64,000 bases of DNA, from the NCBI RefSeq assembly GCF_963921235.1, contig NC_086097.1:148120001-148184000 (forward strand), in the 5' to 3' direction. Under the pieces are notes generated by a model. It worked only from the letters and a program-made list of their open reading frames with translations. It searched no databases and was not told the DNA's origin. The translations under genes were made by a program, and so were the position numbers. The stretch's first letter is position 1. Each line of letters begins with the position of its first letter. This DNA comes from Mobula hypostoma (lineage: Eukaryota). Of the stretch, positions 49,790 to 63,113 are shown piece by piece.

Positions 49790-51425
49790 AACCCTAGCGT
49801 TGACGGTGTACCTGACAGACCACTGAAAATCTGTGCCAACCAACTGGCTGGAATCATGAACACCTTTAATCTCTCACTGCTGCAGTTGGAGGTTCCCAAC
49901 TCCTTCAACAGAGCATCAGTCATACTGGTGCACAAGAAAAGCAGGGTGAGCTACCTCAAACATTATCGCCTGGTAATACATCTACTGTATGAAGTGCTCG
50001 GAGAGGTTGGTCATGGCTAGAATTAACTCCTGCCTGAGCAAGGTCCTGTAACGCTCCTACTGCCACAACAGGTCTACAGTGAACACATTCCCACTGGTTC
50101 TCCATGTAGGCTTGGACCACCCATACAACAGCTATACCCACATAAAGGCCGCTGTTTATTGATTACAGCTCAGCTTCAACGCCATCATTCTCCCAGTACT
50201 AATCAACAAGCTTCAAAACCTGGGCCTCTGTACTTCCATAAAAGTTGCTGGTGAACGCAGCAGGCCAGGCAGCATCTCTAGGAAGAGGTACAGTCGACGT
50301 TTCGGGCCAAGAGCCTTTGTCAGGTCTCGGCCCGAAACGTCGACTGTACCTCTTCCTAGAGATGCTACCTGGCCTGCTGCGTTCACCAGCAACTTTTATG
50401 TGTGTTGCTTGAAATTCCAGCATCTGCAGAATTCCTCGTATTTGCCTCTGTACTTCCCCCTGAACCTGAATCTGGATCAGTGTAGATCAGTAATAACATT
50501 TTCTCTTCACCGACAATCAAAACAGGCTCATCACAAGGATGATTGCTTTGCCTACACTCATGACTGTGTGGCTGGGCACAGCTCAAACACCTTCTATAAA
50601 TTAACTGATGTCACAACTATTGTTGGCAGAACCTCAGATGATGGAGTGAGATAGATTTCTTGGTTCTGTGGTCTCACAACAAAAAACTTGCACTCAACAT
50701 CAGTACACCAAGGAAATGATTTGTGAACTTCAGGAAAGGGAAGTTGAGAGAACGTAAACCAATCCTCTTTGAGGGTTCAGCAGCTGAAAGGGTGAGCAGT
50801 TTAAAGTTTCTGGGTGACAACATCGCAGATCATGGACCCAACATATTGATGCAATTGCAAAGAAGGCATGCCAGCAGCTATACTTCTTTGGAGTTTGAGG
50901 AGATAAAGTATGCCACCAAAGACTCTATAGCAAATTTCTACATGTTGACTGGTTGCATCAACACCTGTTATCCAGGCTCCAATGCACAGGATTTTTTAAA
51001 AAACAGCTGAAGAAGTGTATAGAATCAGCCATCTCTATCAAGGGCAAAGGCCTCCCCACAGCTGAGGACACCACCAAAAGCCAGTGCCTCAAAAGGTCAG
51101 CATTCAACACGAGGGGCCCTCACCAGCCAGGACATTCTTCTTCTCATTATTACATTACTGATCAGGAAGGAGGTACAGGAGCCTGAAAACACACGTTTAA
51201 TGTTTCAGAAACATCTTCTTCCCTCCCCTCTGCCATCAGATTTCTGAATGGTTCATGAACCTACAAACACTACCTCATTATTTTGCTCCCTTTTTGAACT
51301 TTATTTTTCATATTTTTTATTGTAACCTACAGTCATTTTATTATGTTTCACACTATTCTGCCGCCATAATACAATAGATTCCACTATATATGTCAGTGAT
51401 AATAAACCTGATTCTGATTCAGAAT
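49790..51425 (+). mobile_element. Rex1/Babar LINE relic (RT to tail)
   Basis: DGVP.RPLKICANQLAG; FIDYSSASTP; YKLTDVTTIVG; aataaacctgattctgattc tail. Confidence 0.85.
50238..50443. mobile_element. Young foldback PLE terminal-repeat unit with 14 bp TSD, inserted in Rex1
   Basis: GCCTCTGTACTTCC at 50224-50237 and 50444-50457; ~72 bp inverted arms at 50237-50308 and 50329-50400. Confidence 0.9.
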
Positions 51426-51547
51426 CCCTCCAAATTCAATCTAATAGGATTTTCCATGCACTTCTACTTTTTAAACTGACCTCCAATATCCAACACTTTG
51501 GTCCTGGACCCACTTCCCCTGTTACATCCACTTTGAAGTTTCCAATT

Positions 51548-51860
51548 TGATTGAGATTCAAAGTACATTTATTATCGAAGTCTGTATGCAGTATACAACC
51601 CAGAGGTTTGGGTTCCCACAGACAGCCATGAAACAAAAAAAACATGGAACCCATTTAAATAAAAACATCAAGCTGCCAACACAAAAATAAAAAAGAACAA
51701 ATTATGCAAACGTCAAGAAAAAAAAAGTGAAAAAACACAGAATACAAAACACCAAATCACAAAGACAGAAAAAAAAATCCAGGCATATTCAACTCAGCTC
51801 AGTTCAGTTCAATCCAGCATTGCAATCTCTCGCTATCTGTAGGCCGTAGCATTAGTTGGT
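51548..51860 (-). mobile_element. Fragment with a Rex1-type tail
   Basis: ttcaaagtacatttattatc..tatacaacc. Confidence 0.55.
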
Positions 51861-52209
51861 CCCAATCAAAATTACTGCGTTGTTCGCTGGCGCCGTCTTC
51901 TTCCAGATTACCCCCTTCATCCTCAAATTTGTTGGCCCATGGTGTGGATGATCCCAGATCCAAAATCACATCTAAATCCCGTTCCTTTACCCCCTCATAT
52001 CCAAACTGCAGAATTCAAGGTGCACCCCTTGGCTACTGACCTGCCCTAATTATACCTGTGGCTGATAACAACCTAAATCTGACCTCCTAATATAGTGCCA
52101 GATAGTAAGTTTTTGATACTGAAAATGTGCAGTTGAAGTTCTTTAGCAGAGGGCCAACAGCTGAAATGGTCTTTGGCTTCAATCTGCTGTGACCATCTAA
52201 TAATCATAA

Positions 52210-53880
52210 TGTAAAGTCAGTGAGTCTTACATTTGTAGTAGGGAAATTATTGGAAAAAAATTATGGGACAGGATTTATGTTCACTTAGAAAGGCAAGGAC
52301 TAATGTGGGGAGTCAGCTTGGTTTTATATATTGTACTGTAAATCCTGTCTCAAATCTAATTGAGTTTTTAGAGGAAGTTACAAGGAAAATTGAAGAAGTC
52401 AGAGTAGTAGGTATGGTATACATGGACATTGATAATATTTTTGATAAGATCTCAAATGCTAGGCTGGCCCAGAAGGTTATGGCATACATATCTAATGTGC
52501 ATTGGCAAACTGGATCTACCATTGGCTTGGTGATAGGCAGCAATGAATAATGGTGGAGGTTTGTTTTTCTGACTGGAAATCTGTAGTTAATGGTGTACCG
52601 CAGGGATTGGAGCTGGGGATAAAAATGAAATGTATTGGAATGTATATTGAAATAGAACAGTACGGCACAAGACAGGCCCTTCAGCCCATGTTGTCTGTGC
52701 TTACCATGATGTTATATTAAACTAATCTCTTCTGCCTGCATACGATCCATATCCTTCCATTCCCTATATATTCATGTGTCTATCTAAAAGACTTTAAATG
52801 CCACTATCATATCTACTTCCACCAATACCCATCATTATTATTGACACATGTACTGAGATACAGTGAAAAGCTTTAGTTTGTGTGTGATACAGACAGATCA
52901 TCCCACACACAAGTACAAAAGAGGGAAAAATAACAGTTGGATTGATTAGTAAGTTTGCTGATGTCAAGAAAATTGATAGTATCTTCATTGGTGAAGAAGG
53001 ATGTCTAAGGGTACAGAGGGATATCTGGGCAAAGTAAGAGTAGATTGAACTTAATCCAGACGAGTGTGAGATGTCACAATGTAGGACATCAAATAATGGC
53101 AGGACATATACAGTAAATGGCAGGGGCCTTTGCAGCATTAATGTAGAGAGAAATTTTGAATGCGAGTTCCCTGAAAGTGGTGGGTAGAGAAGCAAAGAAG
53201 GCACTTGGCGTACTTGCCTTCGTAGGCTGAGACATTGAGTATAAGACTTGGGGTTGGGTTTATTGCAGCTGTCTGAAACGTTAGCTAAGCTGCATTTACA
53301 GTATTGAGTACAGTTCTGTTTGCCACACTTCAGGAAGGATGTGGTGGTGCTGGAAAGAATGAAGAACAGATACATCAGGATGTTGCTCGAATGGGGGTGG
53401 GTGGGGCTGTAATTAAAGGAAGAGATTGAATTCTCATTGAAACATAGGAGGCTCCTGTAATCTTATAACCCTCAATATTGAGGTTTATAAGGTTATGTGA
53501 AACATAAGCAGAGTAAAGAAAAAGAGTCCTTTCCCAGGGAAGCAGAATCTAAAAAAGAGGTTGTAGGTGTAGGTTTAAGGTGTGAGAGAGAATTTCTACA
53601 AGAGATCTGAAGGGCAAGTTTCTCACACAGTGTAAAGCAGTTATCTGGAACAAGCTTCAAGAGGAGATGGTAGAGCCAAATCAATTACAATGTTCAGGAG
53701 GTGTTTGTACAAGTTCTTGGATCGGAAATGAGCAGAGAGATGTGGCTTAATGTGAAATGGGTATCCATGTATCTCAAATAAAATTAGCGTAGATAGGCAT
53801 TAAGATCAGTATGGGATGAGATGAAATGAATTGAAGGGTTTGTTTTTTGTGCTCTTCTGCCATATGAGACTGTGAATCTA
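52210..53880 (+). mobile_element. Degenerate CR1 RT-to-tail relic with nested antisense CR1 and Rex tails (52650-52930)
   Basis: SNLIEFLEEVT..VYMD; GVPQG; ISKFAD; QFCLPHFRKDV. Confidence 0.8.
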
Positions 53881-56800
53881 AACGTTAGGTTTCACTGGAA
53901 TTTCTACACATGAATCATAAAAAAACCTACATGCTACCCTAGTTCTCTTGTAACTATCGTCTGACCAATGTGTTGCATAAGCTTGGAATTACATTTTTAC
54001 TTAACACTCTCCAGAGCTATCATGAAGTATTTACTTTTGGCATTTTATAGCTTCATCTCGCCATACTCAGCTAAATTCTTTAGGTTTTATGAATAGGGAT
54101 TTTTTGGATCAGACATATACAGAAAGAACAAAGATCCTTATGTGTGTTTGAATTTTATTTCAGTCAATAGTAATTTAGAACCAAGTTTGCTGGATATCAT
54201 ATAAAATAATAATGATCCAAGGATAGCAAGATACACACAATATTGTACTTCTTTCACTTCTCTTTGTCTTCCAGACATTATGAAAATTATGGTTTGGAAC
54301 TATCACACCTTCTAGCTTTGCAAAGTATGTAAATTGGCTCAGAGTTTTCTCTTGCATATCTAGATTTTGTTCAATGCAGATCACACAAGATAACAAACCA
54401 ATACAAAAGATTGTGGAATTTTAAACATTACTATGGATTAAATGAAAAAGCAAATTTTGGAATCCTCTCTTTTAGTTAAAAAAACACCTAGCCTCACCCA
54501 CAAGTCTGACTGGACCCTTAAAATAGTATGACAATTCATCACTTTTTACTAATTGTATGTGTTTACAGTGTTTTAGGAAAATCTCAAAAAACTGTTTAAC
54601 AACAAAACTGTAAATAGCTACAGTTTAGAAGTTTACAAGCATATTTTTATCATATCGAAAAATAAATTGTTCTTATAACTAGTCTTGTTTATATTTGAAC
54701 TCATTATCAATTAAGGAAAATGATTAATTCACAGGCAGTGTACCAGATTTTGTGATAAATCATAGCCAAAAGACAAGAATATTACAGTTATGCTGCCAGA
54801 TCTCTACTTCTACGTCTATATTGAAAAACAAAATACCTTCTAAAATGTTTATGAGGATATGCAAATGAGCTTGAGTGGAAACTCTGACAGACCAGAAACT
54901 TCTCAAAATGGGTGCAGTTTTCCAGGCAATTTGTTTCTGGATTGCTGATGGTACCACAGTGTCAGAGGCACTGGCCATGGGAAAACCACCACAAAGGGAG
55001 CTCTCCTTCTTTTGGTGTCTTGGATTCTGACATCAGAAACAAAGCAAAGCTATAGAAAATTTGCAATACATCTTGCTTTAGAAAAACATATTAATATTTG
55101 TGAAGCATCCCCTTGAACCATTGTGACAATCTAGACCCCAAACTGATGAATTCATTGGATACTAAAATTTAATTGACAATTAAGCCCTCATTGAGGCAGC
55201 AAAGGCTTGGCTGTCTTTAAAGTGGTGAATGATTTTGATGGGCAGCAATCTATGATGTGAGTAAGGTCAGACTGATCTTAAGTTATCTCTTGCATTAGCC
55301 TCACTGGGCAATGGGTTAACAGCAACCTCAAAATGATGCGGAGTAATAAAGAAATACACCACTTCACAGAGGAATATCAATTTTCCATTTAGCTTATTCT
55401 ACAGATAGTCGGAGAGGTACCATCCGCCTGAACAAGGAGAAACTAAGAAAAGTCTGAATATAAATGGGGCAGGATTCAGTTGTTGGTTATTTTATTGAGT
55501 CAGCTCTTTCGCAGCTCGGCTTATGTGTGAAGGGAATGACAAAATTTACTTCGGTATCATATCACATACCAGAGATAAACACAGATCAATGACAGACAAT
55601 CATCATCATGTTGATAGAGAGCTGCCACACAATCCTCCAAATCATATTCTGTTCACTTGTTCCAGGTAAAACTACACCCTCTGTAGCACCTGGCCTGAGA
55701 GCATATGGTGGAGTTGTTACCTTGTTCATCCCAAGTCAGCTACACTCATCAATGAATCATGCATCCAACATTTTTCATTTATGTATTTTCTTTTTAATTA
55801 TTTATCAGATGGTTACTGAGACTTAAGCCAAAGCAAACAGCTATTATCCTCAGTTCATGTGTGCTTATTTAAAGGGACAGTGCCTCATAGAAACCCGAGG
55901 AAGTTTAGGGACAGGAAACGCTGATTAAACTCAAACAGTTTCATTCTTTTTTTAAAATCAGCTGGACACTTTTGTGAACCTGTGCTCTTTCAAAAAACAG
56001 GCTCATTAAACACAACAGAGGTGCCTGTTTCTGATACCTTGCATGGTTCCTAAACCAATATGATATCTTTCTGCTTATTCTGCCTATTCTTTCTTATTTA
56101 TCTATCTTGTTACATCCCAGAGAATCTGAATATTTTCCACTTTTCTTTTGAAAACTGTAGTAGTGTCATCTCAACATTTTCTCAACAAGGATAAACATGA
56201 TCACCTTGCCTTAATTTTCCTCGTATGTTATATTTGAAATTCAACTTTGTTGATCCTCCTTTAGCTGGTGGTTCATGACTGGGTGCTGCTCTCAGCACCC
56301 ATTGTTCAACCAAAGCTAAAGAAGGAAATGTGCTTCCTGGAATGAGCTGCACTGGTAAATGATCTACTCATTAGAGAACAAACAAGTCTAATTAAGGAAA
56401 ATCCTATGTTTAGCTATTAAAAAAAAGTGATTTTGAAAACAATGGACTGCATTTCCAATCAATAACAGAAATGAGGCTAATATAACCTGTGACTTAAAGG
56501 AAGCAATTTAGAGTTGTTAAATTATAAATAAGATTATCTTGTGGCTTCAATAGGTGCTCAAGTTTAAAGTTAGTGAGTTATGGTTATTACTGCAAGCGAA
56601 GTTTACAACTAGGACTAAGGCTGGTGCTGCTGCAGTTTGCAAGCTCTTGGAATGTACGGTTTGGTTGTTCAGATTATATGGGAATGGGGAAAACAGTTTA
56701 TCAGGTAATTCACAAATTTGGTCCCTGTTACTTATTCAAGCGATTCCATGCAAGTTTAATAGTACCAGGCAATTATTATTTTTGAGGCGATTGACTGCTG

Positions 56801-58289
56801 ATATGGGCTGCAACAGGTAAGGGAATACGTAAAGTGGAGATAGGACTAAAACCTTTTACTCCTTTTGATGAACAACTGAGCTTAGGAGCTTTTGTCTTTG
56901 CTTGTGTAGTAAATGCTCTGCTTGCAATTCTGTCAGTCTAAATCAAATAGAGATTCATATTCATATCAGACAATGTAATTCATGTTTGAGTCCACAATAT
57001 TTTGCCCTAGCACAAAGAGTACTACCATAAATGTTAGTAAGTGTATCATTTCCTCAAGGCATTCTCCTGAACCAATGGTCACTCTGCTATTTTTGTAGAA
57101 CACCAAGCCTGTAATCATGAAATATTCTCAGATGCAGCTCCTAGCAGAATGGGATGTTTGGACAGGACTGGGAGCTTAAATCATTATCTTCCTTTTGTTG
57201 CTGATTACCAATATGATTACTGATAGCAATGTCAGTTAAGTGCAGAATTTCTAACCAAGCAAGGTGCTGGACTGTGAAACATCCCAAATCAGCTAAATAA
57301 TCTCCATTCCCAGTGAGTGATGTGTAATAAAATGCTTTCGATCAAAATGATAAACTTCTCCTAGTCAATTTTATCTGATGGAAAGATAACTAAATTCCAC
57401 TGATGTAGTTTAAAATAAAATAAACTGGTCTTTAAAAAGGGAAATTCTGCTTTTCTGAATTATGTTTATCAGCCTTGTGAACTTTATGAATTGAAACAGT
57501 GGGGGAAGATTTTGCACTGGGGCTATCACACTGGGAAGATTTAACAACCACGCTAAGCCTTTGGGACTGATGCAGCTCCTAAGTGGTTACAGTAGTACCA
57601 CGGGCAAAGATGTCTTGCAGATACACTACAAAATAGTGATTAATTAAATATGATCTGATTCTACACATTAAAAGTGGTCAAACTACATGTCAGAGAGAAC
57701 ATTCCCTTCAGAATTGGAAGCCTCGGAATAAAAGGCCACTGGAGAGCCCAGCAATACACTGGGTATTTCCATTTCTGAAAATAAACCCTCTTCTGTTTTC
57801 TAATTGCTGATTTTCCAGACCACAAACCAGATGTGGTTAATAGGTTGAAAATGCTGATCTTAAATTCCTCTCAGTTCCTATGGTGATAGAACTAACTGCA
57901 TGGGTAAACTGACAGATGACGTGGTCAGTTCTAAATGTGGCCAGCAAAATGGGCTGAATGGCTTTCTTATTACTTCCAAATACACAAAGCAGCAATTACT
58001 CTTCTTAGCAGTCTTTTGGGGCTGACTTGCCTATCCTCCAGTCCTGTGGGTTCTAACGTGGCTGATTAAGCAAATAATAGACTTGTTAACCCCACCACAA
58101 TTGGAGCAGTAGGTGCTTGATAGGGTGGGCAAATGCGCCATTTAATTGTAGTGTACACCTTCTGTGTGCTGCTGAGATATGACTTCAGGTACTTGATGAC
58201 AAACTGAGTTTTCTTTTTCTATTCTGAGTTATTATAAAACAATTCCTAGAAAGGTGGGGGGGGGCGCGGCATAGGGGTTGTAATTTTCA

Positions 58290-58700
58290 AGGAAGTCTTG
58301 AGGCCACCTTTCAAATGTTTTCCCTCTTCATGTAGTCTTTTACCACGGAGCCAATTTGGTGCGATTAGGGTCTCAGTGCTGAAGACATTGGCCTGAGGGA
58401 GTATGTTATAGTACATTAGTTTGACTATCCTTCCAATGGATTTGGAAGATTTTGTGGGAACATCTTTATGTGATTTTCAACCAGTGCTTTGAGGTGTCTG
58501 CTGCAAAGCAACCAAGCCTCAGAAACCTACTGCAGGAACTAACGTAGCCCAGTAGACCAGGAGCTTTGTGGCAGGTTTGAGGCCTGATCTTCAAACATTC
58601 TTTCCTTCAGATACCCAAAGGCTGCACTGCTGCATCGAAAGCAGTGGTAAATTTCTTCAGTGATGTCTGCCTTTACTGGGAGTTGGATTTAGCAAGCTTG
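58290..58700 (-). mobile_element. Very old RTE fragment
   Basis: Antisense of HKIFQIHWK and of LKIRPQ..TKLLVY. Confidence 0.45.
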
Positions 58701-59704
58701 TTGGAGGTGAGATAAGCATGGAGCTAATGAGCCATTCTGCACACAGCTTGCACTTGTGGATCTTTTGGATAAGTTCGCAGCTTGCTTACCATTACCTAGC
58801 AGAAATGAGATGGAGACAGATTTTTGTGCACATCCAAATCTGAAGAAGATAATACATAATTTCTATTGACTGACTGAGTCACAGGAACTTGTGAAATCAC
58901 AGAAGGCCACATAAATTGCTCTTCAGATTTCTCTTATAGTGACACATTGTGAAGATCATGTTCTTTGTTCCTGTAAATGAACGTGATGTTCAGGAAGGGA
59001 CTCTTCTGGGAGGAGCAATGAATGAGGAATCTGGTGAATACCTTCCCTGTGGCAGAAACTGGGAGGCCCCTCTGTAGCTAACACAGATGGATTTCTCTCC
59101 TTTCATGAAAGTAGTCCAAATTTTAGTGTTTCTAAGAACTCTTCACATATTCTCCTTTACTTCACATGTAAAGATTGAGGTTATAAATTTCTGATTTACA
59201 TTTTAGCAGAGTTATAGTTTACTCCTGAGGCATTTTTGTTTCTACCAATTGGCATTTAATCTTTTCCATTTCTTTGTGGTCACAGTTATTGGCAATGTTG
59301 GACTGGGTTGTTTGCTGTGGGATGGAATCAAAACCACTTACTCAAAAGTAGAAACAAAAGCTTACATTTATACAACACAGTGCATGCTACAAAATGTCCC
59401 TATTACCTTAGCAAGTAAGTACTAGCTTCTGGCCAATTTTATCAAAGCATTAAAATATCAGCAACAATGTAAGTTTTGAAAAAGCTTTTATAATAAATAA
59501 GAAAAGAGAATATTTAAAAAAAAGAATTCCTAATTGTAGCAAGCAGATCTGTAACCAATGACTGAGAAGATCTCTGTAGACCAGAACAGGTAATCATGTT
59601 TTTTTTATCCTCGCTCTGCATAGGGAACAGTGATTGAGAAAATGGAGGAGATTTTAAGGTTGATATTGCCTATACGGATTGCAAATATGAGTCAGACTCC
59701 AAAG

Positions 59705-61045
59705 CTCAGAATAAGTTGATTATCAAAGTACATATATGTCACCATATTCAACCCGGAGATTCATTTTCTTGTGGCATTTCACAGTAACTACAAGAAATAC
59801 AATAGAATCAATAAATGATTACATCCAACAGGATGGACAAACAACCAATCTTTAAAAGGCAACAAGCCGTGCAAATACAAAATGAAAGAAAATAAATAAG
59901 CAATAGACATTGAGAACCTAAAATGTAGAGTTCTTGAGAATCCATAGGTTGTGCACAGATCAGTGATGGGGCGAGTGAGGTTATGTGAAGTTATCCCATC
60001 TGATTCTAGAGGCTGATAGTTGAGAAGTATTGAGTGTTCCTGAACCTGGTGGTATAGGTCCTGTACCTTCTTCCCAAGGGCAGCTGTGAAAAGAGCAGAA
60101 TGGTAGCATAGTGTTTAACACAACGCTTTACAGTACAGGTGACCCAGGTTCAATTACCATTGTTGCCTGTAATGCGTTTGTACATTTTCTGTGTGATTGC
60201 ATAGATTTCCTCCAGATGCTCCGGTTTCCTCCCACAGTCCAAAGACATACAGGTTAATAGGCTATCTGGTCATTGTAAATTGTCTGGTCATTAGGCTAGG
60301 AATAAATTGGGGAATTGCTAGGTGGTGTGGCTCAAAGAGCCAGAAGGGTCTATCCAGCACTGTATCTCAATAAATAAAAATAAGAAGGAGCATGCCCTGG
60401 GTGCTGGGGGTCCCAGCTGATGGATGCCGCTTTCCTGTGACAGTGCTCCGTATAGATATGCTCAATGGTGGGGAGGGTTTTACCCATGATGGACTGAGCT
60501 ATATCCACTACTTTGTGTAAGATCTTCCTTTCAAGGGCATTGGTGTTTCCATATCAGGCTGTGATGTAACCAGTCAATATACTCTCCATCACACATCTAC
60601 AGAAGTTTGTCAAAGTATTAGAAGTCATGCCAGATCTTTGCAAACTTCAAACTGCAGTGCTTTCTTTGTAATCGCTCTTGTGTGCTGGGCTCAGGACAGG
60701 TTCTCTGAAATGAAAACACTGAGGAATTGAAATGTGCTGACCCCTCTCCACCTCTGATCCTTCAGTCAGCACTGGCTCATGGACTTCCGGATTCCTCCTC
60801 CTGAAGTCAATAATCAGCTCCTCGGTTTTGCTGATGTTGAGTGAGAGGTTGTTGTTGTGATACCACTCAGCCAGATTTTCAATATGCTGATTCATCACCA
60901 CCTTTGATTTGGCCAATGGCACTGGCGTCATCAGCGAACATAATGTGGCATTGGAGCTGGGCTTAGCCTCATAGTAATAAGTATAAAGCAAGTAAGACAA
61001 GGAGCTAAGCACACACTTGTGCTGCGTCTGTGCTGATGGAGATTG
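59705..61045 (-). mobile_element. Rex1/Babar LINE 3' fragment with nested V-SINE
   Basis: IENLAEWYHNNNLSLNISKTEELIIDFRRR; Rex tail at about 59715. Confidence 0.85.
60094..60382 (+). mobile_element. V-SINE (HE1-like) with CR1-type tail
   Basis: tRNA-like head (GGTTCAATT), gctccggtttcctcccacagtccaaagac, tail ctgtatctcaataaataaa. Confidence 0.85.
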
Positions 61046-61193
61046 TGACTAGTGATGGAGAGCAGTATGTTATTATATTTTGGAAGTTTGTTTGACTAAT
61101 TTTGTTTTGAAAAGATCTGGAAATAGAATGACATTTAATTGTTGGGATTTTATGGTGAATTATATTCACTGTACGGTTAAAGGGTAAAAAAGA

Positions 61194-63113
61194 TAAAGAA
61201 ACAAAGTTAAGGAAAGAAAAACAGAATATTAGATATTCTAACAACATTATCCAAGACCCAAAAAATGATACATTGGCTCTCTAAGCAGCAGAGCACCTAG
61301 ATCAGATGCAATACCAGCTGAGGCCCACAGGGAAGGTGCTCCAGTGCTAACAGAAACGCTCTATCAGCTCTTCCAACTCATATGGCAGCAAAAGATAGTT
61401 CCACAGGAATTTAAAGATGCATCCATCACCCACCTGTATAAGCAAAAGGGAAACTGACAGTCCTGCAACAACTATTGGGGAATATCTTTGCTGTCTATCC
61501 CAGGCAAAATCTTTGCCAGGCTTCTTCTTGACTGACTCACATCATACCTTGACCAGGGATACCTAGCAGAGAACCAATGTGGATATCAGGCAGAGTGTGG
61601 GACTATTGACGTGTTTGCTGCAGGAGGAATGTCAGGAGAAAAATGGTGACCTGTTCTCCTACTCTGTTGATCTGACTAAGGCCTTCAACACTGTTAGCAG
61701 AGAGGGTCTGTGGAAGATCATGGTGAAGTACAGTGTCCAAGGAAGTTCATCACTTTAAGACATCCGTTAGTCTTGTGAGACCATGGATCTGCGCCTGGAA
61801 AGTCTTCACTCTCCAGGCGCAGGCCTGGGCAAGGTTGTATGGAAGACCAGCAGCTGCCCATGCTGCAAGTCTCCCCTCTCCATGACACCAATGTTGTCCA
61901 AGGGAAGGGCATTAGGACCCATACAGCTTGGCACCAGTGTTGTCGCAGAGCAATGTGTGATTAAGTGCCTTGCTCAAGGACACAACACGTTCCCTCGGCT
62001 GGGGCTCGAACTCACGACCTTCAGGTAGCTAGTCCAATGCCTTAACCACTTGGCCACGTGCCCACAGTTCATCACTATGGTGCAGTAATTCCATGATGGC
62101 ATAGCATGCATGTTCAGGTCAATGGTAAGACATCTGACCCCTTCCCTGTCTCAAACAGAGTCAAGTAGAGCTACGTCTTGCCACCATCACTATTCAGTCT
62201 GGTGTTTTTCATAAGTTTTCTGATGCATGTACCATCTTTGGTCTTACCATCAACACCAAGATGACTAAAGTAAAGCTTCAACCAGCTCCAGGGAAATCAT
62301 ATGTTGAGCCAAACATCACAATCAATGGTCAAAGACTCAATCCAGTGAACAGGTTCATGTATCTTGGTAATGTACTGTCCCAGAATAGCGTCATTGATGA
62401 AGTAAATGCCAGGATCGTCAAAGCAAGTGTAGCCTTGGTCGACTTTATACCAACACCAGAAGAGGCACAAGTTCACAAATGAAGCTGAAGGTGTATAGGG
62501 CCATAATACTAATCACTCCGCATTAGACCTGTGAAACATGGACAGTGTAGCAAGGGCATGCAAAGAAACTGAATCACTCCCACACATGACAATACAGAAT
62601 CCCTGACATTGAGGTACCTACCAAGGTGGGTCTGACCAGTATCTACACCACCCTGATGCAGTCACACGTAGCTCGTATGCCAGACCATTGGCTGCCTAAG
62701 AGACTGCTTTATGGCGAACTACAGAGAGGAAAGCATTCCCATGGAAATCAAAAGAAATTCTATAAAGAATCCCTGAAAACTTAACTAAACGCCTTTGGCA
62801 TCAACCTAGATACATGGCAACATATCAGCTGGGATTGGGTTGTGTCACTCCTCCTCCCATAAGCGTGCAGTGACACATGAGACAAAGGACAATTGCAGCA
62901 GAGAGACATAGGCAAGCTAGGAAAGTCTGAGCCAGCCAATACCTCCTTCCCCCAACCCATCATGGCTGCCATCTTTTGCCCATACTGTCAAAGAATCTTT
63001 TGGGTCTGTTTTGGCCTTTCCAGCCATTTGTGTGCACAGAGACCAGTCCGGTTCTACAAACTGCAGATGACTTGTGTGGTTCTCATCGTTGCACGATGAA
63101 CGAACCCTTAGTC
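61194..63113 (+). mobile_element. RTE LINE relic (RT to 3' end) with a ~22 bp TSD
   Basis: SDAIPAE..QEFKDASITHLYKQKGN*QSCNNYWGISLLSIPGKIFAR; VDLTKAFNTVSREGLWKIM; RMPDHWLPKRLLYGEL; flanks TAYGGTTAAAGGGYAAAAAAGA at 61172-61193 and 63114-63135. Confidence 0.88.
61755..62065 (-). mobile_element. Young tRNA-derived CORE-type SINE with RTE-like tail and 11 bp TSD
   Basis: A-box TGGCCAAGTGG, B-box GAGTTCGAGCC, CORE-like GTGTCCTTGAGCAAGGCACTTAA, tail CCATGGTCTCACAAGACTAACGGATG; AGTTCATCACT at 61744-61754 and 62066-62076. Confidence 0.85.

Noticed and set aside
50237..50400. miRNA precursor
   Set aside because: The hairpin is fully explained by inverted PLE repeats; no expression evidence is available
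54760..55040. Possible minus-strand terminal exon with a pyrimidine-rich acceptor
   Set aside because: Peptide not recognisable and no partner exons found
61990..62065. tRNA gene
   Set aside because: tRNA-like SINE head within a TSD-flanked element; the same applies to the V-SINE heads
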